Assembly: GCF_014280175.1 (NCBI RefSeq)
Contig: NZ_CP047931.1
Span: 1,170,001 to 1,202,000 of the forward strand
Length of the DNA: 32,000 bases
Source: Synechococcus sp. A15-28
GTDB taxonomy: Bacteria; Cyanobacteriota; Cyanobacteriia; PCC-6307; Cyanobiaceae
Direction of reading: 5' to 3'
Below the pieces are notes generated by a model, which did no database searches, had not been told where the DNA came from, and worked only from the letters and a program-made list of their open reading frames with translations. Below are positions 1-9,963 of the stretch, one piece after another. A program made the position numbers and the translations under genes. Each line of letters begins with the position of its first letter. Position 1 is the first letter of the stretch.

Positions 1-118
1 CACCGCTGGTGGACACCACCTGGAGGTGACGATCGCGTATCTGACGGGCGACATCCTCAAGCTCGGACAGCCTGAGGCCATGCAGCTCGTTCGGATGCGT
101 CAGATCTCCGAGATGCAT
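1..118 (-). CDS. dxs: 1-deoxy-D-xylulose-5-phosphate synthase, first 39 codons only (gene runs off the left edge)
   Basis: Hand translation of the minus strand from ATG at 118 gives [39 protein letters not shown], the typical cyanobacterial Dxs N-terminus. It is absent from the ORF track because no stop lies inside the window. Confidence 0.75.
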   Translation of the reverse strand, partial: MHLGDLTHPNELHGLRLSELEDVARQIRDRHLQVVSTSG

Positions 119-198
119 GCACCATGCGCTCCAGTTCATGCAATCTACGGCGTCCGTTCCTTGGAGCCGTTAGCCCTGAACATGGGGAGAATGGAGGG

Positions 199-1728
199 AT
201 GACCGACTATCTCCAGCGGATCCTTCGGGCTCGCGTCTACGACGTCGCGCGGGAGACACCGCTTGACCCCGCCCCCAACCTCAGTCGCCGACTCGGCAAT
301 GAGGTGCTGCTGAAACGTGAGGACCTTCAACCGGTGTTCTCTTTCAAGCTGCGTGGTGCTTACAACCGCATGGCCCAGCTCACCAAGGAAGAGCTGAGCC
401 GCGGTGTGATCGCCTCGAGCGCCGGGAACCATGCCCAGGGGGTGGCTCTGAGTGCAGGGAAGCTCGGCTGCCGCGCCGTCATCGTGATGCCGGCCACCAC
501 TCCCGAAGTGAAGGTGCGCGCTGTCCGTGCCCTGGGGGGGGAGGTGGTGCTCCATGGGGAGACCTATGACGAATGCTCGGCAGAGGCACGAAAGCGTTGC
601 GCGGAGGAGGGTCTCACCTATATCCACCCATTCGATGACCCCGAAGTGATCGCGGGCCAGGGGACCATTGGCCTGGAGATCATGCGGCAGTGCCAGGAAC
701 CACCGGATGCCATCTACGTGGCTGTTGGCGGTGGCGGACTGATCGCCGGTATCGGCGCTTACGTCAAACAACTCTGGCCAAGCACCGAAATCATCGGAGT
801 GGAACCGCTGGATGCGGATGCCATGGCCCAATCCATCGAGAAGGGAGAACGGGTTGAGCTTGAACAGGTGGGACTGTTCGCCGATGGTGTTGCTGTGCGC
901 AAGGTGGGGGAGCACACCTTTGCCCTGGCGCAGCAGTTCGTGGACCGCATGGTTCGTGTCGATACGGACGCGATCTGTGCCGCCATCAAGGACGTCTTTG
1001 AAGACACCCGTTCCATCCTTGAACCGGCTGGTGCCCTGGCTGTCGCTGGGTTGAAGCAGGACGTGGCCGATCGCCGTTCCAGCAACCGTCGGCTTGTGGC
1101 CGTGGCCTGTGGGGCCAACATGAACTTTGATCGGCTGCGGTTCATCGCCGAACGTTCCGAGCTGGGGGAAAACCGCGAAGCCATGCTGGCGGTGGAAATC
1201 CCTGAGCATCCAGGAAGCCTCAGATCGCTCTGTGATCACCTGCGCCATCGCAGCCTCACTGAATTCAGCTACCGGATGAGTGAGGGCGCATCAGCCCACA
1301 TCTTCATCGGCGTGCAGGTGGACGGGGAGCAGGATCGCCACCAGCTCGTGAATGGCCTCGACCAGCAGGGATTCACGTGCCTCAATCTCAGCGACAACGA
1401 ACTCGCCAAGGTTCATCTGCGTCACATGGTGGGGGGCCGTCTACCCACCGCCTCCAGGACAAGTTGTGCCGGGGACTGCCTGGAACTTCTTTATCGCTTT
1501 GAATTTCCGGAGCGGCCGGGAGCGCTCATGCGTTTCGTCACTGCCCTCAACCCCGGCTGGAGCATCAGCATCTTCCACTACCGCAACCATGGAGCTGACG
1601 TGGGTCGGATCGTGGTGGGCGTGCTTATTCCGGTTGACGAACACTCCCAGTGGACAGCCTTTCTCGAGGAACTTGGCTACCCCCACTGGGACGAAACCGA
1701 CAATCCGGCCTACACCCTGTTCCTCTGA
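199..1728 (+). CDS. ilvA: Biosynthetic threonine ammonia-lyase (threonine dehydratase)
   Basis: PLP-lysine motif FSFKLRGAYN, glycine loop VGGGGLIAG, and a duplicated C-terminal regulatory region. The likely start is ATG 199 (MTDYLQRIL); the track ORF begins at 124. Confidence 0.95.
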   Translation: MTDYLQRILRARVYDVARETPLDPAPNLSRRLGNEVLLKREDLQPVFSFKLRGAYNRMAQLTKEELSRGVIASSAGNHAQGVALSAGKLGCRAVIVMPATTPEVKVRAVRALGGEVVLHGETYDECSAEARKRCAEEGLTYIHPFDDPEVIAGQGTIGLEIMRQCQEPPDAIYVAVGGGGLIAGIGAYVKQLWPSTEIIGVEPLDADAMAQSIEKGERVELEQVGLFADGVAVRKVGEHTFALAQQFVDRMVRVDTDAICAAIKDVFEDTRSILEPAGALAVAGLKQDVADRRSSNRRLVAVACGANMNFDRLRFIAERSELGENREAMLAVEIPEHPGSLRSLCDHLRHRSLTEFSYRMSEGASAHIFIGVQVDGEQDRHQLVNGLDQQGFTCLNLSDNELAKVHLRHMVGGRLPTASRTSCAGDCLELLYRFEFPERPGALMRFVTALNPGWSISIFHYRNHGADVGRIVVGVLIPVDEHSQWTAFLEELGYPHWDETDNPAYTLFL

Positions 1729-1767
1729 CGTTGACGGCGATACCTTGGGCCATTGCGGCGGTTCGCG

Positions 1768-2265
1768 ATGTCCACACCGTCTCTTGCGGCCCAGATCGAA
1801 GCCATCCTCTACCTGAAGGGTCGTCCCATCGGTCTCAATGAGCTGTCTGAGCTCGCCCGAGCCGAACCCCAGGCGGTGCAGCAGGCCCTGCTGGCCCTCT
1901 CAGCTGGCTACGCCCAGCGGGATACAGCGCTGGAGATCGTGGACCAGAACGGTCGTTTCGGTCTGCAGCTGCGTCCGGCCCTTGCGGACCTGGTTCAGAA
2001 CATGTTGCCGGTGAATCTCTCCACCGCCACGCTGCGGACCCTGGCAACGATTGCCCTGAAGAAGCGCATCCTTCAATCCGATCTTGTGGATCTGCGGGGC
2101 TCCGGTGCCTATGACCACATCAAGGAGCTGCTGGCCCAGGACTTCATCGAACGACGCCGTCAAAGCGAAGGTCGCTCGTACTGGATCACGCTCTCTGAAA
2201 AGTTCCATCGCACCTTTTCGGTGCTTCCGGACCTGGGGCAGGACCCACCGGCTCGGGCTGCATAG
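1768..2265 (+). CDS. scpB: Segregation and condensation protein B
   Basis: About 165 aa with the ScpB-like pattern IEAILYLKGRPIGLNEL ... LSTATLRTLATIALKKRILQSDLVDLRG. ATG at 1768; the track start at 1753 is TTG. Confidence 0.85.
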   Translation: MSTPSLAAQIEAILYLKGRPIGLNELSELARAEPQAVQQALLALSAGYAQRDTALEIVDQNGRFGLQLRPALADLVQNMLPVNLSTATLRTLATIALKKRILQSDLVDLRGSGAYDHIKELLAQDFIERRRQSEGRSYWITLSEKFHRTFSVLPDLGQDPPARAA

Positions 2266-2303
2266 ACTTTTCGAAGAATTCGAAACGAACCGTGGACACA
2301 ACC

Positions 2304-2603
2304 ATGCTCACCAGCGGCATCGCCTATCTGCTGCTGGTGCTGTCCACCGCCGTGAACATCTACCTCTTCGTGCTGTTCGTGCGGGTGTTGCTCACCTGGT
2401 TTCCCAACATCGACTTCAGCAATCCAGTGCTGGGTGGCGTCGCATCCATCACCGACCCCTACCTCAACATGTTCCGTGGGGTGATCCCGCCGATCGGCGG
2501 GATCGACCTTTCAGCCATCCTGGCCTTCATCGCCCTGCGGGTGCTGCAGGGTCTGCTGATGGCATCCAGCGCGCAATTTCAATCGATGAGCCTGGGCTTC
2601 TGA
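2304..2603 (+). CDS. YggT/Ycf19-family small membrane protein
   Basis: About 100 aa with two hydrophobic segments and YggT-like motifs (VRVLLTWFP, TDPYLNMFRGVIPPIGGIDLS). ATG at 2304; GTG 2292 is an alternative start. Confidence 0.85.
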   Translation: MLTSGIAYLLLVLSTAVNIYLFVLFVRVLLTWFPNIDFSNPVLGGVASITDPYLNMFRGVIPPIGGIDLSAILAFIALRVLQGLLMASSAQFQSMSLGF

Positions 2604-2644
2604 TTCACTGAATCGCCTGCTCCAGCGGCAGCAGGTCATCGTCA

Positions 2645-3067
2645 TCAACGCTGGTGAGATGCGCGGACGGGTGCCTTGACCCGGGCACGGGGATTGCGAA
2701 TCTCAAACGGGCCCGGTGTCCCTGCAGGGACGGAGAGCCTCAGGGCAAAGTTCTGCACACCGGGACCAACGTCTCCAATCGAACCGATCCGAGTTCGATT
2801 CGGAAGGATCGGTTCTCCACTGGCATCGAGGATCCGAGCAAACACATCGGTATCCACGACGGCTTTGCGGCCGGGATTCTCCACATCTCCGCTGAGCACG
2901 TAACACGTTGCTCCCGTGGGTCGGGAAAAGTCCGGTTGGTTGCCGGGATCCTCAACAGAGCAGGGCTCAAGGCTCAGATGACTGAGGTTCAGCTCGGCTG
3001 CATCAACGGGGTGCACCCCTATCAGCAAAATCAGCAGGGCGAGCAGGGGCAGCAGACGTTGGGACAT
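2645..3067 (-). CDS. Hypothetical exported protein (N-terminal signal peptide)
   Basis: ATG start and the hydrophobic leader MSQRLLPLLALLILLIGVHPVDA. The ORF is clean and sits immediately downstream of the MazG-like gene on the same strand. I recognise no family. Confidence 0.6.
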   Translation of the reverse strand: MSQRLLPLLALLILLIGVHPVDAAELNLSHLSLEPCSVEDPGNQPDFSRPTGATCYVLSGDVENPGRKAVVDTDVFARILDASGEPILPNRTRIGSIGDVGPGVQNFALRLSVPAGTPGPFEIRNPRARVKAPVRASHQR

Positions 3068-3073
3068 GAATTC

Positions 3074-3403
3074 CTAGCGATGGTCTCCACTGCCGGTGAT
3101 GCGACCACGGGCCGCACGGCTGGCCAGTTTGTCGAGATTGGCCGAGGCGACCTCTTCAAGGTCATAACCCAGCTCACGGGCCAACTGGGCGACATACCAG
3201 AGCACATCTCCCAGTTCGAGCTTGATCGCTTCCCTCGTCTCCGGATCGAACACCCCCTCACGATCACGCAACACCTTTTTGACCTTGTCCGCCACCTCGC
3301 CGGCTTCTCCCGTCAGACCCAGCGTCGGGTAGATGGGGTTCTGCCCCACCTGGGGGTAGGCGGCTGTACTCCGGGCCGCATCCTGATAGGCATTGAGCTC
3401 CAT
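3074..3403 (-). CDS. MazG-like nucleotide pyrophosphohydrolase domain protein
   Basis: MazG motifs LTGEAGEVADKV and ELGDVLWYVAQLA. ATG at 3403 (MELNAYQDAA); the track ORF extends to 3442. Confidence 0.8.
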   Translation of the reverse strand: MELNAYQDAARSTAAYPQVGQNPIYPTLGLTGEAGEVADKVKKVLRDREGVFDPETREAIKLELGDVLWYVAQLARELGYDLEEVASANLDKLASRAARGRITGSGDHR

Positions 3404-3459
3404 GGCCACGGTCTGACAACGCCTGGATGGTAGTTTCCGCAAGGTTTTTGAGCCTCGGT

Positions 3460-4914
3460 ATGGGCCAGTTCGATCAGAACCGTCGGACCAAGATCGTGGC
3501 CACCATCGGTCCAGCCACGGAAAGTTCCGAACGCATCAAGGAACTGGTTCAGGCTGGTGCCACCACCTTTCGGCTGAATTTTTCCCACGGCGATCACAGC
3601 GAGCATGCGGCTCGCATCGCGACCATTCGCCAGGTGTCCGAAGAGCTGGGCATCAACATCGGCATCCTTCAGGACCTGCAGGGCCCGAAAATCCGACTGG
3701 GTCGCTTCGCTGATGGTCCGATCACCCTCGCCAATGGAGACCGTTTCTCCCTGACCTCCAGGCCGGTGAGTTGCAACCAGACCATCGCCACGGTCACCTA
3801 CGACAAGCTGGCCGATGAGGTCACCGCCGGCAGCCGGATCCTGCTGGACGACGGCCGCGTGGAAATGAAGGTTGAGCAGGTTGATCAGGCGGAGCAGACC
3901 CTGCACTGCAGCGTCACCGTCGGTGGCGTGCTGTCCAATAACAAAGGAGTGAATTTCCCGGATGTGCAGCTGTCTGTCCGGGCGTTGACGGACAAGGACA
4001 AGGTGGATCTGGAATTCGGGCTCTCCCAGGGCGTGGACTGGGTCGCCCTGAGTTTCGTACGCAACCCCTCCGACATGGAGGAGATCCGCGGCCTGATCCG
4101 TGAGCAGGGCCACGAAACCCCCGTCGTCGCCAAGATCGAGAAGTTCGAGGCCATCGATCAGATCGACGCCATCCTTCCCCTCTGCGACGGCGTGATGGTG
4201 GCCCGGGGTGACCTCGGTGTGGAGATGCCGGCGGAGGAGGTTCCTCTGTTGCAGAAGGAACTGATCCAGAAGGCCAACTCCCTGGGAATCCCGATCATCA
4301 CAGCCACCCAGATGCTGGATTCGATGGCCTCCAGCCCCCGCCCCACCAGGGCCGAGGTCAGCGACGTGGCCAACGCCATTCTTGATGGCACCGATGCCGT
4401 GATGCTGTCGAACGAAACGGCCGTTGGCGATTTTCCGGTGGAGGCCGTTCAGACGATGGCCACCATCGCCTGCCGGATTGAAAAGGACTACCCGGAGCGT
4501 TCCGTCGACAGCCACTTGGCCAGCACGGTGCCGAATGCCCTCAGCGGTGCGGTGAGCACGATCGCCAGCCAACTCAATGCCTCGGCGATTCTTCCCCTCA
4601 CCAAGACTGGGGCCACGGCCAAGAACGTCAGTAAGTTCCGCCCTGCAGCAACGATTCTGGCCATCACACCGGATCCAACCGTGGCCTGCCGTCTGCAGCT
4701 GGTGTGGGGTGTGAAGCCGCTTGTGATTCCTCAGCATGAACGCACCACCCACACCTTCCTGGCGGCCATGACCAAGGCCAAGACCCTGGGATTGCTCAAG
4801 GAAGGCGATCTTGTGGTTCAGACCGCTGGCACCCATACGGGCGTTTCGGGATCCACCGATCTGGTCAAGGTGGGGATCGTCAGTTCCGAGGAATCACCCG
4901 TCAACATGATCTGA
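3460..4914 (+). CDS. pyk: Pyruvate kinase
   Basis: RTKIVATIGPA, FRLNFSHGDH and MVARGDLGVEMP motifs over a full-length protein of about 485 aa. ATG at 3460 (MGQFDQNRRTK). Confidence 0.95.
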   Translation: MGQFDQNRRTKIVATIGPATESSERIKELVQAGATTFRLNFSHGDHSEHAARIATIRQVSEELGINIGILQDLQGPKIRLGRFADGPITLANGDRFSLTSRPVSCNQTIATVTYDKLADEVTAGSRILLDDGRVEMKVEQVDQAEQTLHCSVTVGGVLSNNKGVNFPDVQLSVRALTDKDKVDLEFGLSQGVDWVALSFVRNPSDMEEIRGLIREQGHETPVVAKIEKFEAIDQIDAILPLCDGVMVARGDLGVEMPAEEVPLLQKELIQKANSLGIPIITATQMLDSMASSPRPTRAEVSDVANAILDGTDAVMLSNETAVGDFPVEAVQTMATIACRIEKDYPERSVDSHLASTVPNALSGAVSTIASQLNASAILPLTKTGATAKNVSKFRPAATILAITPDPTVACRLQLVWGVKPLVIPQHERTTHTFLAAMTKAKTLGLLKEGDLVVQTAGTHTGVSGSTDLVKVGIVSSEESPVNMI

Positions 4915-4937
4915 TGACATCTGCCCGCTGAGCTGAG

Positions 4938-6167
4938 ATGACCCGGCGGATGCCACCAACGGAAACCGTGAGGATGGCCCTAACCACCCTGCGCAGTAAC
5001 CGGCTGCGCAGCCTTTTGACAATGGTGGGCATCGTGATCGGCAACGCGTCTGTGATCACGCTGGTGGGAGTCGGACGCGGTGCCCAGGGTCTGGCGGAAG
5101 AGCAGCTCAGCAACCTCGGCGCCAACGTGCTGTTCGTGGTTCCTGGCAATAACGACACCCGCCGCCGCGGGGTGGCGTTCCCGAAGACCCTGGTTCTTCA
5201 GGACGCTGAAGCGATCGTTGAGCAGGTGCCCAGCGTCCGTCGTGTCGCTCCTCAGATCACCAGCAGTCAGGTCGTTCAGGCAGGAGCCAGAACAGCCACC
5301 AGTTCGATCTCCGGCATCACGGCTGATTTCCTACCGGTGCGCAGTTTTGAGATCTCCAGCGGCCGCTTCATCTCTCCGCAGGACAACCAGGCTGCCCGTG
5401 CTGTGACGGTGATTGGTCCCGACCTGCGCAGCAAACTCTTTCCCACCGGGGACCCGCTTGGACAGCAGATCCGCATTGGCAACCAGGCGTTTGAAGTGAT
5501 CGGAGTGATGGCCCCCAAGGGGGCGGTGTTCGGCAGCAACCAGGACGAGAACGCTTACATCCCCCTGAGCACGATGGTGACCCGGCTCACCGGTCGTGAT
5601 CCCACCTATGGCGTCAGCCTGAGTTTCATCAGCGTTGAGGCGAGGGATGAAGCCAGCACCAGCGCCGCCAAATTCCAGATCACGAACCTGCTGCGTCAGC
5701 GCCATCGGATCCTCCGGGACGACGACTTCGCGGTGCGCTCTCAGAAGGATGCCCTCACCATCGTCGGCACCATCACCGGTGGACTCACCCTGATGCTTGC
5801 CGCCATCGGTGGCATCTCTCTGCTGGTCGGAGGCATCGGGATCATGAACATCATGCTGGTCTCGGTGAGCGAACGAACCGAGGAGATCGGTCTGCGCAAA
5901 GCTCTCGGTGCGCGCAGCAGTGATGTTCTCCAGCAGTTCCTGGTGGAGTCTCTGGTGCTGGCCAGCCTCGGTGGCGCCATCGGCACGGCCACAGGACTTG
6001 GAACGGTGGCGCTCGTCGCAGCGGTGAGCCCCCTGCCAGCCAGCATCGGACTCACCACCGTTCTGGTGACCGTCGGCCTGTCCGGCTCCATCGGACTGTT
6101 CTTCGGCGTCGTCCCGGCCCGTCGGGCTGCGAAACTCGATCCGATCGTGGCGCTCAGAAGCCTCTGA
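4938..6167 (+). CDS. ABC transporter permease, MacB/FtsX (DevC-like) type
   Basis: N-terminal TM helix, a large periplasmic MacB-like domain, then a C-terminal FtsX-type 3-TM bundle ([15 protein letters not shown]). No ATPase gene lies adjacent. Confidence 0.9.
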   Translation: MTRRMPPTETVRMALTTLRSNRLRSLLTMVGIVIGNASVITLVGVGRGAQGLAEEQLSNLGANVLFVVPGNNDTRRRGVAFPKTLVLQDAEAIVEQVPSVRRVAPQITSSQVVQAGARTATSSISGITADFLPVRSFEISSGRFISPQDNQAARAVTVIGPDLRSKLFPTGDPLGQQIRIGNQAFEVIGVMAPKGAVFGSNQDENAYIPLSTMVTRLTGRDPTYGVSLSFISVEARDEASTSAAKFQITNLLRQRHRILRDDDFAVRSQKDALTIVGTITGGLTLMLAAIGGISLLVGGIGIMNIMLVSVSERTEEIGLRKALGARSSDVLQQFLVESLVLASLGGAIGTATGLGTVALVAAVSPLPASIGLTTVLVTVGLSGSIGLFFGVVPARRAAKLDPIVALRSL

Positions 6168-6223
6168 ACCCCGTCACGCCTGCCTTTTTCCTGCTTTACA
6201 GTCGCTCATCATTTCTCAGGATC

Positions 6224-8137
6224 ATGAATCAGCGTTGGCGCCTCGTCGCCCTCTGGCTTCTGCCCATCGGCGTCGTGCTCCTGATCGGTTGGCAGGTGAT
6301 CAGTAACGGTGGTCTGAACAACCAGAACGCCGGAGGCACCACGGTGGCTCCTCGCAATGCAGCTGTGGCACGCATGAGCTACGGCCGCTTCCTCGACTAC
6401 GTGGAAGCCGGTCGCGTCACCGCGGTCGACATCTACGACGGTGGCCGCAATGCCGTGATCGAAGCGGTGGATCCCGACCTGGACAACCGAGTTCAGCGTC
6501 TGCGGGTGGATCTTCCCGGTCTGGCACCCGAGCTGGTCAACACCCTGAAAGAGGAAGGCATCAGCTTCGACATTCATCCCCCACGCACGGCTCCACCTGC
6601 CCTTGGACTCCTTGGCAATCTGCTGTTCCCAGTTCTGCTGATCGGTTCGTTGATCTTCCTGGCGCGCCGCAACAGCGGCATGCCCGGTGGTCCCGGCCAG
6701 GCCATGCAGTTCGGCAAGAGCAAGGCCCGCTTCATGATGGAAGCGGAAACCGGCGTGATGTTCGATGACGTCGCCGGCGTCGCTGAGGCCAAGCAGGAAC
6801 TTCAGGAAGTGGTGACCTTCCTCAAGCAGCCCGAACGCTTCACGTCCGTTGGTGCTCAGATCCCCCGCGGATTGCTGCTGGTCGGCCCTCCGGGCACCGG
6901 CAAGACCCTGCTTGCCAAAGCCATTGCCGGAGAGGCTGGCGTTCCCTTCTTTTCCCTGTCTGGGTCTGAATTCGTTGAGATGTTTGTGGGTGTCGGTGCA
7001 AGCCGGGTCCGCGATCTATTCAAAAAAGCCAAGGAGAACAGTCCCTGCCTGATCTTCATTGACGAGATCGATGCTGTGGGTCGCCAACGTGGTGCCGGCA
7101 TCGGTGGCGGCAACGACGAACGGGAGCAGACCCTGAACCAGCTGCTCACCGAGATGGATGGTTTCGAAGGAAACAGCGGCATCATCATCATTGCCGCGAC
7201 CAACAGACCGGATGTCCTGGACTCCGCTCTGATGCGTCCGGGTCGCTTCGACCGCCAGGTCACCGTTGATGCGCCTGACATCAAAGGTCGCCTCTCCATT
7301 CTTGAAGTGCACTGCCGAAACAAGAAGCTTGAGGAGGAGCTCTCGCTCGAAAGCATTGCCCGCCGCACCCCAGGCTTCACCGGTGCAGACCTGGCCAACC
7401 TGATGAATGAGGCCGCCATCCTCACCGCCCGTCGCCGCAAGGAGTCCATTGGTCTCAGCGAAATCGATGATGCCGTTGATCGCATCATTGCCGGCATGGA
7501 GGGTCGCCCCTTGACCGACGGCCGCAGCAAGCGTCTGATCGCTTATCACGAAGTCGGTCATGCCCTGATCGGCACGTTGGTCAAGGACCACGATCCGGTC
7601 CAGAAAGTCACCCTGATTCCTCGCGGACAGGCACAGGGTCTGACCTGGTTCTCACCCGATGAGGAACAGACCCTGGTCACGAGAGCTCAGCTCAAGGCGA
7701 GAATCATGGGAGCCCTGGGCGGCCGCGCTGCTGAGGCCGTGGTCTTCGGACATCAGGAAGTGACCACCGGTGCTGGCGGCGACATTCAGCAGGTGGCCTC
7801 CATGGCCCGTCAGATGGTGACGCGCCTGGGTATGAGTGATCTCGGCCCTGTGGCACTCGAGGGTGGTGGTCAGGAAGTCTTCCTCGGTCGGGATCTGATG
7901 TCCCGCAATGACATCTCGGAATCAATCTCCCAGCAGATTGATGAACAGGTGCGTCAGATGGTCAAGCGTTGCTACGAGGAAACCGTTTCTCTGGTGGCGG
8001 CCAATCGTGAAGCCATGGACCGTCTGGTGGAACTGCTGATTGAGAAAGAAACCATGGATGGCGGCGAATTTGCAGCAGTGGTTGCTGAGTTCACGCAGGT
8101 TCCAGACAAGGAACGGTCTGTCGTAACGCTCGATTGA
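6224..8137 (+). CDS. ftsH: ATP-dependent zinc metalloprotease FtsH
   Basis: Walker A GPPGTGKT, Walker B IFIDEIDA, second region of homology [20 protein letters not shown], and zinc site HEVGH. Confidence 0.97.
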   Translation: MNQRWRLVALWLLPIGVVLLIGWQVISNGGLNNQNAGGTTVAPRNAAVARMSYGRFLDYVEAGRVTAVDIYDGGRNAVIEAVDPDLDNRVQRLRVDLPGLAPELVNTLKEEGISFDIHPPRTAPPALGLLGNLLFPVLLIGSLIFLARRNSGMPGGPGQAMQFGKSKARFMMEAETGVMFDDVAGVAEAKQELQEVVTFLKQPERFTSVGAQIPRGLLLVGPPGTGKTLLAKAIAGEAGVPFFSLSGSEFVEMFVGVGASRVRDLFKKAKENSPCLIFIDEIDAVGRQRGAGIGGGNDEREQTLNQLLTEMDGFEGNSGIIIIAATNRPDVLDSALMRPGRFDRQVTVDAPDIKGRLSILEVHCRNKKLEEELSLESIARRTPGFTGADLANLMNEAAILTARRRKESIGLSEIDDAVDRIIAGMEGRPLTDGRSKRLIAYHEVGHALIGTLVKDHDPVQKVTLIPRGQAQGLTWFSPDEEQTLVTRAQLKARIMGALGGRAAEAVVFGHQEVTTGAGGDIQQVASMARQMVTRLGMSDLGPVALEGGGQEVFLGRDLMSRNDISESISQQIDEQVRQMVKRCYEETVSLVAANREAMDRLVELLIEKETMDGGEFAAVVAEFTQVPDKERSVVTLD

Positions 8138-8153
8138 CGTGACGCTCAACTGA

Positions 8154-8176
8154 CAAACCATATGCAACCTGGTTTG
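8154..8176 (+). terminator. Weak terminator-like hairpin after ftsH
   Basis: CAAACCA-N9-TGGTTTG gives a 7-bp stem, followed by the pyrimidine-rich CTCTTCTT. The stem is A/T-rich and there is no clean U-run. Confidence 0.3.
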
Positions 8177-8217
8177 CTCTTCTTAGGATTGAGCAGACCA
8201 TTTTTTATATCGTTTCA

Positions 8218-8469
8218 GTGGCTGAACAGGATGGGATTCGAAATCCGATGGAGATGTTCAGCAGTTTTCACGGAAAAGACTGGACCCCTCAGAGAGCCGC
8301 CTTTCATCAGAACCTTGAACAATTTGCTGATCGAATCGGATTGATCGTGGGGCTTCAAGCCAACGGAAAAATCAGTCAGGAAGAAGCCTATGAGCAGATC
8401 AAGAGTCTCTGGAAAACATTGAAAAATAGTAAAAACGATTTGCTCTCAGAACAAAATTCCGACGCTTGA
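8218..8469 (+). CDS. Hypothetical small protein (83 aa at most; ATG alternatives at 8248 and 8254)
   Basis: It is the only sizeable ORF in an AT-rich spacer. The sequence is charged and helical-looking (ISQEEAYEQIKSLWKTLKNSK). I recognise no family. Confidence 0.5.
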   Translation: MAEQDGIRNPMEMFSSFHGKDWTPQRAAFHQNLEQFADRIGLIVGLQANGKISQEEAYEQIKSLWKTLKNSKNDLLSEQNSDA

Positions 8470-8495
8470 AATATCTAGAGTCTATTTCGTATGTT

Positions 8496-8648
8496 TTATC
8501 GATTTTCCGATTGATCGTTATTCCCTTTCCTTCTACGGCATCGTTCTGAGCAGTAGATCACTGAATCCCAGTTGTTGCGCCAGGCCTTTCTCCACTGAAA
8601 GGGGCGGTTACAGACAGGGCAGATTTTGCTGGGCAAGCCCGATTTCAC
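8496..8648 (-). CDS. DUF2256-like small zinc-ribbon protein (50 aa), below the ORF-track cutoff
   Basis: Hand translation gives (GTG)[50 protein letters not shown]-stop. The pattern C-x2-C-x-RPF-x-WRK-x-W ... YCS-x-RC matches my memory of DUF2256. The GTG start overlaps the clpP TGA as GTGA. Confidence 0.7.
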   Translation of the reverse strand: MKSGLPSKICPVCNRPFQWRKAWRNNWDSVIYCSERCRRRKGNNDQSENR

Positions 8649-9238
8649 TCGACAGCCTGAACAGGGCGTTTGTCGATCACCGAATCAATCAGACCGTACT
8701 CAACAGCTTCTCCTGGGGCCATGAAGAAATCCCGATCGGTGTCCTGTTGAATTCGATCGAGCGGTTGCCCAGTGCGATCCGACAGCTCCTGGTTGAGCCG
8801 ATCCTTCAAATAAAGAATTTCGTCGGCCTGAATCCTGATATCACTGGCCTGGCCACGGGCACCACCCAAGGGTTGGTGAATCATGATCCGGGAATGCTGA
8901 AGGCTGCTGCGCTTCCCTTTGGTTCCAGCGGAGAGCAGAAACGCTCCCATGCTGGCGGCCAGACCAACGCAAACGGTGTGCACATCGGGTTTGATGTGCT
9001 GCATCGTGTCAAAGATGCCGAGACCGTCGTAAACGGAACCGCCCGGTGAATTGATGTAGAGGTAAATGTCTTTCTCAGGATCTTCCGCTTCAAGGAAGAG
9101 CATCTGAGCCACGATCCGGTTGGCCGAGTCACTGGTAACGGCTTCACCTAGAAAAATGATGCGTTCGCGCAGCAAGCGCGAATAAATGTCAAAAGCCCTT
9201 TCACCACGGCCTGACTCCTCGATAACGATTGGAATCAT
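8645..9238 (-). CDS. clpP: ATP-dependent Clp protease proteolytic subunit
   Basis: Full-length ClpP with catalytic contexts GLAASMG (Ser), IMIHQP (His) and DTDRDFF (Asp). Confidence 0.95.
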   Translation of the reverse strand: MIPIVIEESGRGERAFDIYSRLLRERIIFLGEAVTSDSANRIVAQMLFLEAEDPEKDIYLYINSPGGSVYDGLGIFDTMQHIKPDVHTVCVGLAASMGAFLLSAGTKGKRSSLQHSRIMIHQPLGGARGQASDIRIQADEILYLKDRLNQELSDRTGQPLDRIQQDTDRDFFMAPGEAVEYGLIDSVIDKRPVQAVE

Positions 9239-9303
9239 GGCGTCCCTGCGAGTCGGTTAATCCTAACGGCGATGTCTTCGGCGCTAGGGTCACTGCCATT
9301 CGA

Positions 9304-9963
9304 TTGAGAGCACGCACGTTGGCTGAGCGTCACACCATTGCGGACAGCAAGCGCGCCTTTCATCAGGCCTTTCCCCACGTCATTGCACCGTTGTACCGCC
9401 GGGTTGCTGACGAACTCCTCGTGGAGCTGCATCTGCTCAGTCACCAGACTGGTTTTCAAGCCAACAACCTGTTCGCCGTCGGGCTCAACACCGTGTTTGA
9501 GCGCTTCACCCAGGGATACCGCCCCGCAGAGCACCCGGCAGCCTTGCTTTCGGCTCTTTGCAGCAGCAACGGATTCGATGCTGGACAGTTCAAAGAGAGC
9601 GCTCAGCAATCACTGAAAGAAGCCGAGGGGCATTCGGATGATTCCCTGCACACCTGGCTGAAGCAACAGTCCCTGTCCGATGGGGCTCACTATTCCAGGC
9701 TCATGGCCGTTGGACTGTTTGCACTGCTGGAAGCCTCCGCAGGCAACGCAGAGAAAGATGCTGAGGCCCTGCGGAAACAGGCGGTCGACCTGTCAGCGGA
9801 CCTCGGTTTACCGGCTGAGCGCGTTGAAAAGGACCTGACCGTGTTCTCCTCCAACAGCGAACGGATGGAACAGGCGGTGGAGCTGATGCAGGAAACCCTC
9901 GCCGCCGAGCGGCGCAAGAAGGAAAGACGGCTGGCGGAGGCTGCTCAGGGATCAGCCAGCTGA
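9304..9963 (+). CDS. thf1: Thylakoid formation protein Thf1 / Psb29
   Basis: ADSKRAFHQAFPHVIAPLYRRVADELLVELHLL is the conserved Thf1 N-terminal block. No ATG or GTG lies upstream. The candidate starts are TTG 9304 or TTG 9319, and the track start at 9229 lies inside clpP. Confidence 0.85.
   Translation: MRARTLAERHTIADSKRAFHQAFPHVIAPLYRRVADELLVELHLLSHQTGFQANNLFAVGLNTVFERFTQGYRPAEHPAALLSALCSSNGFDAGQFKESAQQSLKEAEGHSDDSLHTWLKQQSLSDGAHYSRLMAVGLFALLEASAGNAEKDAEALRKQAVDLSADLGLPAERVEKDLTVFSSNSERMEQAVELMQETLAAERRKKERRLAEAAQGSAS

Noticed and set aside
145-1248. 367-aa minus-strand ORF, plus nested ORFs at 759-1184 and 812-1054
   Set aside because: It is entirely antisense to or inside ilvA, which has unmistakable motifs. 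The sequence is Arg/Gly/His-rich and low-complexity, typical of shadow frames in GC-rich DNA.
2616-2635. CCTGC-N10-GCAGG hairpin between the convergent yggT and exported-protein genes
   Set aside because: The stem is only 5 bp, with no U-run on either strand. That is too weak to call a terminator.
3313-4836. 507-aa minus-strand ORF
   Set aside because: It is antisense to pyruvate kinase over its whole length, and I recognise no domain in its product. It is a GC-rich shadow ORF.
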